Positions 38,298 to 47,870 of a DNA stretch of 64,000 bases are shown here, piece after piece; within the stretch, counting starts at the first letter, position 1, and each line of letters opens with the position of its first letter. The notes under the pieces were generated by a model, which worked only from the letters and a program-made list of their open reading frames with translations, did no database searches and was not told the DNA's origin. The stretch covers positions 34,527 to 98,526 of the forward strand of contig JAZDPX010000033.1 of the NCBI GenBank assembly GCA_043797125.1, read 5' to 3'. The translations under genes were made by a program, and so were the position numbers. The DNA comes from Candidatus Omnitrophota bacterium. GTDB taxonomy: Bacteria > Omnitrophota > Gorgyraeia > JABMRG01 > JAFGKX01.

Positions 38298-40233
38298 TAT
38301 TTATGTTTACCTTTTCTAAAATACGCCTTGCAAGCGAGGAATGGTCAAGGGAGTGAAACTCAAGGGCCTCGGCAGGGCTCCCGCACGCCGGGTATCCTTC
38401 GATTGCGAATTTTTCAAATATCTTTATATTCAAATCTTTCAACTTGATAATGGCGTTTAGCAGTTTATCCCCGAGCGCGCCGTAGCCGCTGTGATTATCC
38501 AGCACAAAAACCGCATCATGTTTATTAATAATTTTTTTAAGCCAGCTTTCACTTACAAGGTTAATCCACGGCATGTTCACAACTTCAAGCGAAAAACCTT
38601 TTTTGCGCAGAAGTCCGGCCGCCAATAATGCCTCATGCAGCATAACAGGGCCGTAGGCAAAAATTACAGCGTCGTTTCCCGCCTCTAAGATGCATCCCTC
38701 TCCGGGAACAAGGCTGTAGTTTTCGGGTAAAATAATTTTGCCCGGAGAAGGCGATATCGCCAGCCTGATCATACATGTCTTATCGGTCTTGCTAGCGCAC
38801 CAGTTAAGCGCAAGCCCGGTCTCAAGCGCATTGCAGGGTTCCATTATTACACAATTTGGCAAAGCGCCGAACAGCGAGATGTCTCGCAGGCTTTGATGCG
38901 ACTTGCCCGGGCCCGCCGGGATTAATCCCGCATAGTGGCATACATATATTATTTTTGTCCCTTCGGTCGCGTTTGTATAAATCTGTTCATTTGCCCTTGA
39001 AGACAAAAACACGCCGAAAGAATTTACAATAGGCAAAAACCCGGCAAGCGCCAATCCGCCGGCCATTGAGACCATGTCCTGCTCGGCAATGCCATTTTCA
39101 ATAAATCTCTCGGGAAATTTTAATTCAAATTCGCGCAAGCCGCAATCTTGGGCTAAATCCGCGTCTAAAACAACGATATCCTGCCTTGAGTTTCCTAAAT
39201 CAACCAGGGCCTCGCTATAAGCATTTACCACTTTTTCAGCCGAGTCTTTGAACCTTTTTTTATTTTTCTGGTTTTCCTGCGCAACTTCAAGCGCTGCTTC
39301 GCCCAAAGCGTATTTAGTAAATGCGCTGTCTATCCTGTTGATAATTTCATTAAAGGCAAGTTCGTAGCTATCATCATCCGGAGCGCCTGAATGCCATTTA
39401 TACACGCCGTTTCCGTTTTTTAGAGCGGCAGGCCCTTCCATAAACGAAACCCCCTTGCCCTTAACTGTATCAGCTATTATGATTTTTGGTTTTTTCTTTA
39501 CGCTGCCTAGTTTTGCCAACGCTTCATTCATCTTCACAAAATCGTGCCCGTCACAGGCTTGAACATGCCAACCAAATGCCCTGAATTTTTCCTCCAGGTT
39601 AGACAGGCTGATTATCTGCTGCGTTAATTTGTCTGTTTGTATCTTATTAAAATCCACGATAACAGTAACGTTGGTTATGCCTTGGTGAGCTGTAGTCTGC
39701 AGAGACTCCCATATCTGGCCTTCCTGCAGTTCGCCGTCTCCGGTTAAGACAAAGACCCTGCCTTTATTCTTGTTTAATTTTTTAGCGAATGCCATGCCTT
39801 TTGCCTTTGAGATTCCCATCCCAAGGGAGCCGGCATTGGCCTCTATGCCCGGAATTTTTACATCCGGATGCCCGTCTAATCCGCCAAGGCGCCTGAGGTT
39901 GAGCAGTTTGTCATAATCAATTATCCCTGCCGCAAAAAATACGCAATAAAGACCCGGGCAATCATGGCCTTTAGAGGAAAAGAAAATATCCCTGTCCGGA
40001 TTATTCAGGCCGGAGCTTAAAGTATTCATATGGCAAAAATACAGCATAATAAATATATCCATCGAGCTAAAGCTTGAGCCAAGATGCCCTGAACCTGCTT
40101 TTTTAACGCAGCTCAACGCGTTAAGCCTGCACATATCGCTTAGGATTTTGAGCTTTTCAAATTTCTCTATGCCGGAATTGCGTACGCGCTCAAATTCTTT
40201 ATATGGTATGAATTTTATTTTTATAGTGGCCAT
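38269..40233 (-). CDS. Fused (single-chain) transketolase-family TPP enzyme
   Basis: GSGHLG, SKGH, GHP, GSLGMG, GDGELQEG..N, DADL, GIAEQ, SHQ motifs. Confidence 0.9.
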   Translation of the reverse strand: MATIKIKFIPYKEFERVRNSGIEKFEKLKILSDMCRLNALSCVKKAGSGHLGSSFSSMDIFIMLYFCHMNTLSSGLNNPDRDIFFSSKGHDCPGLYCVFFAAGIIDYDKLLNLRRLGGLDGHPDVKIPGIEANAGSLGMGISKAKGMAFAKKLNKNKGRVFVLTGDGELQEGQIWESLQTTAHQGITNVTVIVDFNKIQTDKLTQQIISLSNLEEKFRAFGWHVQACDGHDFVKMNEALAKLGSVKKKPKIIIADTVKGKGVSFMEGPAALKNGNGVYKWHSGAPDDDSYELAFNEIINRIDSAFTKYALGEAALEVAQENQKNKKRFKDSAEKVVNAYSEALVDLGNSRQDIVVLDADLAQDCGLREFELKFPERFIENGIAEQDMVSMAGGLALAGFLPIVNSFGVFLSSRANEQIYTNATEGTKIIYVCHYAGLIPAGPGKSHQSLRDISLFGALPNCVIMEPCNALETGLALNWCASKTDKTCMIRLAISPSPGKIILPENYSLVPGEGCILEAGNDAVIFAYGPVMLHEALLAAGLLRKKGFSLEVVNMPWINLVSESWLKKIINKHDAVFVLDNHSGYGALGDKLLNAIIKLKDLNIKIFEKFAIEGYPACGSPAEALEFHSLDHSSLARRILEKVNINNETRISYLR

Positions 40234-40978
40234 ATGGTTTATAGTTAACGACTGGCAGAACCGCCTTCTTATGCTTAATCATGTGCTCTGCCATGTGCCA
40301 ATCTTCTTCATAATCAAGTGAAAAGCCTTCCGCGCCCTCCGTAAAAAACGGGGTTATTATCTTCCCCTCGCGGGAATTGTACAAACGCACTACTTTAGTC
40401 CAGGCGATCTCCAGGGAGCTGTTTTGCACATAAACCTTTGGCAGCGCCTGATATTGCCCTGCATGCCATGCGACCTTAAGGTGAGACTGATCGAGAAGCG
40501 GCTTCATAAATTTCCCCTTTACAACCCACATCTTCCCAGGGTGCTGGTGGCATAATTCAACCGCGCGCAATGAATGCGCATTTTTTATGCCTATAAACTG
40601 CTGCCATGCGCGCCGGATAGTGGCTGCGCTGCGAAACGGGCTGCTTGAGCGAAGGATGCTGAAACAATCGTAACCGCAGCCTGCCTTTGATAAGGCGTGC
40701 CTTAGCCATTCAATGTCAGGCGAGACAGAAGTTGCAAACTTCTTCGGCCTTAAGAAAGGCGCTTCGGCCCCGTAATATAACGCCACCTGGCGTATTTCCT
40801 CGGAATCCGTGGAAACTATAATTTTGTCAAAAATACCGCTTGCAGAAGCTGCTGCTATCGTGTATGCGATTAAAGGGTGGCCTGCCAGCGGTTTTATGTT
40901 TTTGCGCAAAATACGAATTGAGCCGGAACGCGCAGGGATTAAAGCCAATACTTTATATTTTTTTTGCCTGGATTTCAT
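40199..40978 (-). CDS. neuA: CMP-nonulosonate synthetase (second paralog)
   Basis: IPARSGS.RI..KN, VSTD, PFLRP, SPFR, QNSS motifs. Confidence 0.9.
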   Translation of the reverse strand: MKSRQKKYKVLALIPARSGSIRILRKNIKPLAGHPLIAYTIAAASASGIFDKIIVSTDSEEIRQVALYYGAEAPFLRPKKFATSVSPDIEWLRHALSKAGCGYDCFSILRSSSPFRSAATIRRAWQQFIGIKNAHSLRAVELCHQHPGKMWVVKGKFMKPLLDQSHLKVAWHAGQYQALPKVYVQNSSLEIAWTKVVRLYNSREGKIITPFFTEGAEGFSLDYEEDWHMAEHMIKHKKAVLPVVNYKPYGHYKNKIHTI

Positions 40979-41885
40979 TTATTATTCTTTCAATAGTCGG
41001 GCACCTTAAGTTATGGCGCGAACCTATTCTCACGATTGAGCCGGCTACGGCATCAAGTTCCGACGGGTTACCTAAAGCTATATCGCGCTGCGTAGATGTT
41101 GTTACGTCAAAAGGTATTGAATCTATTTTAGCCATCGCATCATCTGTGTTTACCGTTGCGCCTTCGGCAGAGGCAACTGCAACTGCCTCCTGCACGCACT
41201 GCAGCAATTGTTTACGCCAGGCCTTCTGTGACCTGACCTGGCCGACTGTCTTTTTGCTTGCTGCGGTTGTGCATGCCATGGCGCCAAGCCGCACTAGCTT
41301 TTCCCAAAGCACGTCAGCTTCCGTCTTAAGCACTTCTGTTTTAACGCCGATATATGAAAGGAGTTTTGCGGCTTCATTTATGCGTTTTCTCGCCAAATTA
41401 TCCCGGGAAGCCATTTTTATCATCGCAGATGCGGTGGTATGAATAATATGACTGGCAGATACCCTTTTAACCTCGATGCTGCCTATGCTTGCCGCAATAA
41501 CATGTTTGCCGTAGCGAGACCTAAGCAGCTGCATGTGTTCTATGCCATTCAGCAACGGAATTATCACGGCATTGCTTATAAACTTCGGTTTGACCCTTGC
41601 CAAAGCCTGCTTAAGCGATATCGCCTTTGTTGTGATAAAGAGCATATCCGGTTTAAAATTGAGCCGAGTAATAACTTTGGGCCTTGCTGTAAAGTTTCCG
41701 AAAAAAGAGCTCTCCAGCCTTATGCCTTCTTTTGAAATTATCTTTTTGGCGCTTTCTCTTGCAATGCATACAACATCGATACCGTTATGCCAAAAAAGCG
41801 CGGCCAAAAAACCGCCGATTGCGCCCGGCCCAAGAATAGCTACTCTTTTATTCTTAATATTATTTTTTAGGCCACGGGTGCTCAC
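40953..41885 (-). CDS. Ketopantoate-reductase-like 2-oxoacid reductase (PanE/ApbA family)
   Basis: GPGAIGG, TTKA, LNG, WEKL, TSTQRD..G..SELD motifs. Confidence 0.85.
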   Translation of the reverse strand: MSTRGLKNNIKNKRVAILGPGAIGGFLAALFWHNGIDVVCIARESAKKIISKEGIRLESSFFGNFTARPKVITRLNFKPDMLFITTKAISLKQALARVKPKFISNAVIIPLLNGIEHMQLLRSRYGKHVIAASIGSIEVKRVSASHIIHTTASAMIKMASRDNLARKRINEAAKLLSYIGVKTEVLKTEADVLWEKLVRLGAMACTTAASKKTVGQVRSQKAWRKQLLQCVQEAVAVASAEGATVNTDDAMAKIDSIPFDVTTSTQRDIALGNPSELDAVAGSIVRIGSRHNLRCPTIERIINEIQAKKI

Positions 41886-43038
41886 GCATCACCTTTTCGT
41901 TTAAATCCAAACCCCAGCCGGGTTTATCGCTAAGAAACAGGGAGCCGTTCTTTATTTCAGGGACAGAGCTAACAAGCTCATCTTTCCATGGAACATCATC
42001 AACATCCACTTCAAGAATTTTGACATTAGGAATTGAAGCGCAAAAATGCGCGCTAATCATAGTCGAAAGATGGCTGTAATAATTGTGCGGCGCCGTATTC
42101 ATTTCATAGATCTCAGCCATATCAGCTATTTTTTTCGATTGCGAAAAACCGTTCCAAATCACATCTATCATTGCCACATCCATGGCATGAAGGTCAAAAA
42201 ACGGGCGAAAGCCCCTATTTGTATATAAATTCTCGCCAGAGCAGATAGGCACCCTTGCGGAATTCTTAACCTGCAATAACGCGTCCGGGTCATATGTATC
42301 TATCTCAAGCCACATAAGATTAAAGGGCTCCATTGCCTTTGCTATAAGAATGTTGCCCTCGGTTTTAAAATTGAAATTCAGATCAAGGCATATGCCGATA
42401 TCTTCACCTGCTGCTTTTCGGAATGTCTTGATAAGCGATTCTAAATTTTTTATCATGCTCTTTGTAACATCCTGGTCAGTGGTCCCGTATCCGCCGCCGA
42501 ATCCCTGCATCATGACCTCAGGCTTGTCGCCCAGGATGACAACGTTTGTCTTTAAAGCCTTAAAGCCTCTCTTTACGACCTCTTTACCTAACATGGCAAC
42601 ATCATCAAGCGTGCGCAAAGGCTTTTCCCCGACCATGTGCGCTGCCCTGGCGCGCGTAGTACCGCAATGAGACCAGTAAACGGGTATTTCTTTACGCAAA
42701 GGCCCGCCGAAAAGTTCATACACAGGAACGCCCAGCGCTTTTGCCTTTATATCAAGTGCGGCGTTTTCTATGCCGCCTATAGCCTTTTGTATTATGCTAC
42801 CCGGGCTCTGACGGGTCTGCCTATACATATCCCAGTAAAGTTTCTCCGTAGCGCGCGGATCCTGGCCAATAAGCAGACTTTCTAAGTCCTTAACAACGCC
42901 GCCGATACCCCTTGGAGAGCCATGGGAATCCGTGCACTCGCTGTAGCCGGTAATTCCATTGTCTGTTGTTATTTTAATAAATATCCATGGCCGCCAACCT
43001 GCGTCGCAATATAAGGTCTCAACTTTTTTTATTTTCAT
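41860..43038 (-). CDS. Mandelate racemase/enolase superfamily acid-sugar dehydratase (galactonate dehydratase-like)
   Basis: TDNGITGYSE, DIKAKALGVPVYELFGG, KALK, D.N, W.E, GEN, PHN motifs. Confidence 0.88.
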   Translation of the reverse strand: MKIKKVETLYCDAGWRPWIFIKITTDNGITGYSECTDSHGSPRGIGGVVKDLESLLIGQDPRATEKLYWDMYRQTRQSPGSIIQKAIGGIENAALDIKAKALGVPVYELFGGPLRKEIPVYWSHCGTTRARAAHMVGEKPLRTLDDVAMLGKEVVKRGFKALKTNVVILGDKPEVMMQGFGGGYGTTDQDVTKSMIKNLESLIKTFRKAAGEDIGICLDLNFNFKTEGNILIAKAMEPFNLMWLEIDTYDPDALLQVKNSARVPICSGENLYTNRGFRPFFDLHAMDVAMIDVIWNGFSQSKKIADMAEIYEMNTAPHNYYSHLSTMISAHFCASIPNVKILEVDVDDVPWKDELVSSVPEIKNGSLFLSDKPGWGLDLNEKVMREHPWPKK

Positions 43039-43041
43039 GTT

Positions 43042-44532
43042 TTATTCCTTTTTTTCAAACTGGACATTCTGGATCTTCGCGCTGTAATCTACATAGAGAG
43101 TTTTGACCTCGGTAAATGCCTCGATAGCTGACCAGCCTGCTTCCCGAAAACCTAACCCTGAATTCTTAATTCCCCCGAACGGCATGTGCGGCTCAGACCC
43201 AAAGGTGGGCGCATTTATGTAACAAACGCCGGCTTCTGCGTCATCAAAGAAGGAAAACGCCTTGTTCACGTCTTGAGTAAAAAGCGAGGCAGAAAGCCCG
43301 TATAAAGAATCGTTGTGTATTTTAACGGCATCTTCGTATGAAGATGCCTTAAATAAAACTAATACAGGGCCGAATACTTCTTCTCTTGCAATTTCCATAT
43401 CCGGCGTTACGTTTTCTATAATAGTGGGTTCTATATAATAACCTTTATCATACACGCCGCCTTTAAGCTTGTTTCCTCCCGTCACTATCTTTGCGCCTTT
43501 ATTTTTGGCGCGCTCAATAAACCCTAACGCTCTATCCAGCTGCTTCTTGCTGATTAACGGCGTTATATCTGATGAATCGTCAGAGCCCGGCCCTATTTTC
43601 TGTTTTTTGGTCTTGCTGCATAAGCTTTTCTTAAATTTAGCATATATATCCTTATGTATAATGGCGCGGCCCGTAGATGTGCACCTTTGGCCTGATATAG
43701 AAAACGCTCCGCAGATTATCCCGTCTACCGCAAGGCCTATATCAGCGTCATCCATCACTATTACGGCGTTTTTTCCGCCAAGCTCCAAGGAAACCTTGGC
43801 TAATCTTGCTGCGCAGTTTTTACCTATTATTTTGCCGACTGCGCTGGAACCGGTAAAAGAAACCATGGAAACATCGGGATGCAAAGTTAAGGCCTCCCCG
43901 GCTTCCTGGCCAAAACCATGAATAAGATTCAAAACGCCTTTCGGCAGGCCTGCCTCTTCTAATATTTCCGCAAAATGCACTGCTGTCTGCGGCGTGTTTT
44001 CTTCGGATTTCAAAACCACTGTATTGCCGCATAAAAGCGCGGGAAGGGTTTTCCAGCACGCAATTGCCATCGGAAAATTCCAGGAGGTTATTATTCCCAC
44101 AACCCCGACAGGATATCTTTTGGTCATGGTGAATCTTTTTTTAAGGCCGGAATGAGAAGTCCTCCCGTATAATCTTCTTCCCTCGCCGGCTGCAAAATAT
44201 GCCATGTCAATTCCCGATTGAACGTCTCCCATGGCGCCTTTAACAGTCTTACCGTTTTCCCTTGAAATAATCTGCGCAAGTTCTTTTTTGCGTGAAGCCA
44301 TGATGCTTCCGGCTTCATACAGAATGTTGGCCCTTTCAGCAGGCGGAATATTTTTCCAAAAACTAAATGCCGCAAGCGCCGCGCAAACAGCATTATCCAC
44401 ATCTTTTTTTTCCGAGCGGGGGAAAACCCCTATTGCCTCGTTTATATCGGACGGATTCATTTTGGTGAATGTCTCGCCGGAAACCGAATCCACCCACTTG
44501 CCGTTAATATAATTCTTAAAAGTTTTAGTCAT
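43042..44532 (-). CDS. Aldehyde dehydrogenase
   Basis: WNFP, FTGS, LELGGKN, GQRCT, EEVFGP, PFGG motifs. Confidence 0.95.
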   Translation of the reverse strand: MTKTFKNYINGKWVDSVSGETFTKMNPSDINEAIGVFPRSEKKDVDNAVCAALAAFSFWKNIPPAERANILYEAGSIMASRKKELAQIISRENGKTVKGAMGDVQSGIDMAYFAAGEGRRLYGRTSHSGLKKRFTMTKRYPVGVVGIITSWNFPMAIACWKTLPALLCGNTVVLKSEENTPQTAVHFAEILEEAGLPKGVLNLIHGFGQEAGEALTLHPDVSMVSFTGSSAVGKIIGKNCAARLAKVSLELGGKNAVIVMDDADIGLAVDGIICGAFSISGQRCTSTGRAIIHKDIYAKFKKSLCSKTKKQKIGPGSDDSSDITPLISKKQLDRALGFIERAKNKGAKIVTGGNKLKGGVYDKGYYIEPTIIENVTPDMEIAREEVFGPVLVLFKASSYEDAVKIHNDSLYGLSASLFTQDVNKAFSFFDDAEAGVCYINAPTFGSEPHMPFGGIKNSGLGFREAGWSAIEAFTEVKTLYVDYSAKIQNVQFEKKE

Positions 44533-44552
44533 ATAAACCTCTCCTGCCGCAA

Positions 44553-45374
44553 TTACCAGCAGCTATATCCGCCGTCAATAACCAGGTTAGACCCTGTCAT
44601 ATAGGAAGACGCGTCTGACGCTAAAAATACTACTGCCCCGTTGTATTCATCTTCCCTGGCCATTCTTGCCATGGGCAGCTTTTTAGTGTAATTTTTCAGG
44701 AATCTTGTATCCTGATTATTGAAAACTCCGGCAAATGTTAAGGTGTTCACGCGCACATTAAAATCCGCCCAGTATGCGGCCAGATACCGGGTTAAATTAA
44801 GCACGCCTGATTTAGATACGCTATAAGCTACGGGCTTGTAGAATGCCCTCCCCTTTTTCCTTCTGTATTCATATATCCTCTGGTCAGGAGAAAGTAGTCC
44901 GTATATAGAAGAGATATTTATAACGGATCCTCTTTTTAATTTCGCCATCTCTTTGCCTATAATTTGGGAGCACAAAAATACGCCTTTTAAGTTGGCGTCC
45001 ATCACCTTGTCCCATGAAGATTCAGGATATTCTTCAAAAGGGCCGTTTTCTTCATAAGGGGCATCCGGCGCAGAATCTATGGCTGCGTTATTAATAAGAA
45101 TATCGGGGCTGCCAAAACTGCTTTTGGTCTTCTCTAAGGCGCCCTTTATCGAGTCCGGCTTTGTTACGTCGGCGTAAAAACATTTTATTTTGCCATTATC
45201 TATATATTTTTTTATTACGCCCGGGATATTTTTTGTTTTTATATCAAATATAGCAACCTTTGCCTGCCTTTGAGCCAAGACAAGAGAAAACTGGACGCCA
45301 AGCTGCCCCAAGCCTCCTGTCACCACAGCTATTTTTCCTTTAAGAGAAAATATATCTTTTTTATTTTGTGGCAT
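44553..45374 (-). CDS. Classical SDR oxidoreductase (PtmA-like, nonulosonate-locus type)
   Basis: TGGLGQLG, NNAA, SSIYG, Y.VSK, YMTGSNLVIDGG motifs. Confidence 0.88.
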   Translation of the reverse strand: MPQNKKDIFSLKGKIAVVTGGLGQLGVQFSLVLAQRQAKVAIFDIKTKNIPGVIKKYIDNGKIKCFYADVTKPDSIKGALEKTKSSFGSPDILINNAAIDSAPDAPYEENGPFEEYPESSWDKVMDANLKGVFLCSQIIGKEMAKLKRGSVINISSIYGLLSPDQRIYEYRRKKGRAFYKPVAYSVSKSGVLNLTRYLAAYWADFNVRVNTLTFAGVFNNQDTRFLKNYTKKLPMARMAREDEYNGAVVFLASDASSYMTGSNLVIDGGYSCW

Positions 45375-45376
45375 GC

Positions 45377-45889
45377 TTACCGCCTTTTTTCAGATTTCAC
45401 ATTATAAATAAGGTCGCACAGTTCCCTGACAGCCCCGCTGCCGCCGTTTCTTTCTGTTTTAACCAGGACAATCTTATCAAGTTCCGGATGGCAATCGGAA
45501 ACTGCCGTTGGCAGGCCGACGCTTTTCAAACACTCTATATCGTTTATATCGTTTCCCAAAAAGGCGGTTTCCTTCAAGCTTATTGAGCATTCCTTTGCTA
45601 CTTTTAATAGCGCCTTTAGTTTGTCCGGACAATTGTGCACGCAGGGGATTTTGAGCTTTTCGCTTCTTTTTATAACCAGCGGGTTCGGTTCGCTGGATAT
45701 TATACAGGTTTTAATTCCAAGGTTTCTTATTCTTTCAAGCCCTATGCCGTCACTTCTATTGCAGGCTACCGATTCTTTGCCTTCTTCGTTTATAAAGACA
45801 CGGTTATCTGTAAACACACCATCAAAATCAAATGCTATTAATTTTATCGAAAGAACCTTTTGTTTTAAGGAGGAATTTAATTTCATCAT
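45377..45889 (-). CDS. KdsC-family HAD phosphatase (ulosonate-phosphate phosphatase)
   Basis: FDFDGVFTD, DG.G, GNDIND, GG.GAVRE motifs. Confidence 0.92.
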   Translation of the reverse strand: MMKLNSSLKQKVLSIKLIAFDFDGVFTDNRVFINEEGKESVACNRSDGIGLERIRNLGIKTCIISSEPNPLVIKRSEKLKIPCVHNCPDKLKALLKVAKECSISLKETAFLGNDINDIECLKSVGLPTAVSDCHPELDKIVLVKTERNGGSGAVRELCDLIYNVKSEKRR

Positions 45890-46923
45890 TCTAAATCCTC
45901 TAAGCTAAGCACGTAGTCTTCGGGCAAATCCTTAATTGTTTTACGGCCTATTATTTCACCGGCTTTAAAAGGAGGTATTCCGCCGCCCGGGCTTTTAAAG
46001 AGAATGTCGTCAGCTTTGATAACAGAGTTTCTTCCAAGAGAGCGCCTGGTCACTATGCTTTTGGCCATTTTCATCATAGGGTCTTTTTCGGTATCGAAAA
46101 TCCTCTTTACCGGGCTTCCCAGAGAAGCGTTGACCCTTCTTAAATCCCTGATTACTTTTCTCATGCCTGCCGGTTCGAGCGAAAATTTATGGTCGGTTCC
46201 CTTCATTGTGCGGTTGAGGGTAAAATGCTTTTCGATTATTCTGGCGCCCAACAAATAGGCTATTATCGGCGCTAATATGCCGGTATCATGGCCTGAATAT
46301 CCGATAATTGCTTCCGGAAACTCTTTCTTGTATGTTGCTACTACATTTAAGTCTAATTCATCGTACTCGGCAGGATACGCTGTGGTGCACTGCATTACGC
46401 AAACCTGGTCATTGTGCTTTCTGATGGTTTCATATGCCCGCCTTACATCATCCAGGGTGCTTGAACCTGTCGAAAATATTACTGGCTTTTTAGTTTTCGC
46501 TATCTCTTCAATAAGCGGTATGGTCCGTATATCAGCTGACGCTATTTTATGTAAGGGCACGCCCAGGCGTTCCAGAAAATCCAAGCTCTGAAAATCAAAA
46601 GCTGTCGCAAAAAAAATAAGCCCGAGCGCTTCGGCATATTTTTTTAATTCAATATATTCATCCAGCCCGAATTCCAAAAATTCCCTGTGTTCGCCATATG
46701 TTGAGCCGAAACTGTTCTCGTTGTCATATGGCTTTGCATACATGCTTTTGATGTACAGGTTCTTTACGTCTCTTTTCTGCAATTTAACCGCATTGACCCC
46801 GCAGGCGGCAGCCTCTTTCATCAGGCTTTTTGCAACATCAACACTTCCCTGGTGATTGTGGCCTATCTCTGCTATAACAAAGCACTCGGAATTAACATCT
46901 ATTATATAATCTTTGATTTTCAT
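45886..46923 (-). CDS. neuB: Nonulosonate(-9-phosphate) synthase, NeuB family with SAF domain
   Basis: IAEIGHNHQG, VKLQKR, TYGEHR, GYSGH, IEKHFT; coupled to a KdsC-like phosphatase. Confidence 0.93.
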   Translation of the reverse strand: MKIKDYIIDVNSECFVIAEIGHNHQGSVDVAKSLMKEAAACGVNAVKLQKRDVKNLYIKSMYAKPYDNENSFGSTYGEHREFLEFGLDEYIELKKYAEALGLIFFATAFDFQSLDFLERLGVPLHKIASADIRTIPLIEEIAKTKKPVIFSTGSSTLDDVRRAYETIRKHNDQVCVMQCTTAYPAEYDELDLNVVATYKKEFPEAIIGYSGHDTGILAPIIAYLLGARIIEKHFTLNRTMKGTDHKFSLEPAGMRKVIRDLRRVNASLGSPVKRIFDTEKDPMMKMAKSIVTRRSLGRNSVIKADDILFKSPGGGIPPFKAGEIIGRKTIKDLPEDYVLSLEDLE

Positions 46924-46971
46924 GTTTACCCCTTTACAATTAAAGTCCTTTTTACCTATTAATTAGATAGT

Positions 46972-46997
46972 ATTATACATATAGAGCTAAATGTCAA
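46972..46997 (-). promoter_or_regulatory. Sigma70-like promoter hexamers upstream of neuB (TTGACA ... TATAAT, 14-bp spacer) overlapping an imperfect palindrome
   Basis: Minus strand reads TTGACA-tttagctctatatg-TATAAT in the longest intergenic gap; the spacer is shorter than canonical. Confidence 0.5.
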
Positions 46998-47010
46998 TAG
47001 AAATCTTTGC

Positions 47011-47040
47011 TTATCAGTAGTAGTCATTAGTAGTCATTGG
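47011..47040. repeat. Three imperfect 10-bp direct repeats upstream of the putative promoter
   Basis: TTATCAGTAG TAGTCATTAG TAGTCATTGG. Confidence 0.6.
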
Positions 47041-47087
47041 TGGCTGGCAAAAGATGAAATTTGCTGTTGTTTTGGTAAATTTAAAGG

Positions 47088-47870
47088 TTAATCAGAATTG
47101 CATATCTTTTTCCTTGCCAGGACAAATAAGTCTGATCCAAAACCAGTAAAACCGAATATTCTTGTTAAAAAAAGGTCGAAACTATTGAAACATTTTTGTT
47201 TTCTTAGTTTTAGTTCCTTAAGATTGAATGGGTTGCGAACAAAAGATATTATATAGCACGCTAGCGCAATGGGTTTTATCACGCAGCGGGTAAATGTGCT
47301 TGAAATATTTATGCAAATTTCAAATCCTTCATCTTCTATTAATTCGGCGAATGTCTTTTTTGAAAAAAAGCGTATGTGGCCTAAATTGCTTCCGTAGGTA
47401 ATTTTTGTTCTAACGCCAAAAGGGTATAAAAATCTTGTCCGCAAGTCATACATATTAGGCACAGCCGCGATAAAATACCCTCTGGGCTTTAACACTCTCA
47501 TAATCTCAGATACGGTTTCGCTAGGATCCATAATGTGCTCTAGCGCCTGACAACAAGTCACAACATCAAATTTTGAATCCTCATAAGGCAGGCCTGCGTC
47601 AGCTGCTATCAGCTGCGCCTTAATTCCCTTTGCAATACATCTTTCAATTTTTTCCTTATGAATGTCTACGCCGTATACCTTATTTTCTTTAGAGAGAAAC
47701 GACCCTAAAAGCCCTTCTCCGCATCCGACATCGAGGATATCGAGATTTTTTCCTATCTTACTTATTTTATCCAGGATTATTCTAAAGGAAACTTCGGCGT
47801 AGTATGTATCCATCGTAGCCGGAGGGGCTTCAATGGTTGAGTCGTAATAATGTTTTTTATTCATAATCAA
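47088..47870 (-). CDS. Class I SAM-dependent methyltransferase
   Basis: ILDVGCGEG, GVDI, FDVV..ALEH, RVLKPRG..VPN, HIRFF motifs. Confidence 0.9.
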   Translation of the reverse strand: MIMNKKHYYDSTIEAPPATMDTYYAEVSFRIILDKISKIGKNLDILDVGCGEGLLGSFLSKENKVYGVDIHKEKIERCIAKGIKAQLIAADAGLPYEDSKFDVVTCCQALEHIMDPSETVSEIMRVLKPRGYFIAAVPNMYDLRTRFLYPFGVRTKITYGSNLGHIRFFSKKTFAELIEDEGFEICINISSTFTRCVIKPIALACYIISFVRNPFNLKELKLRKQKCFNSFDLFLTRIFGFTGFGSDLFVLARKKICNSD

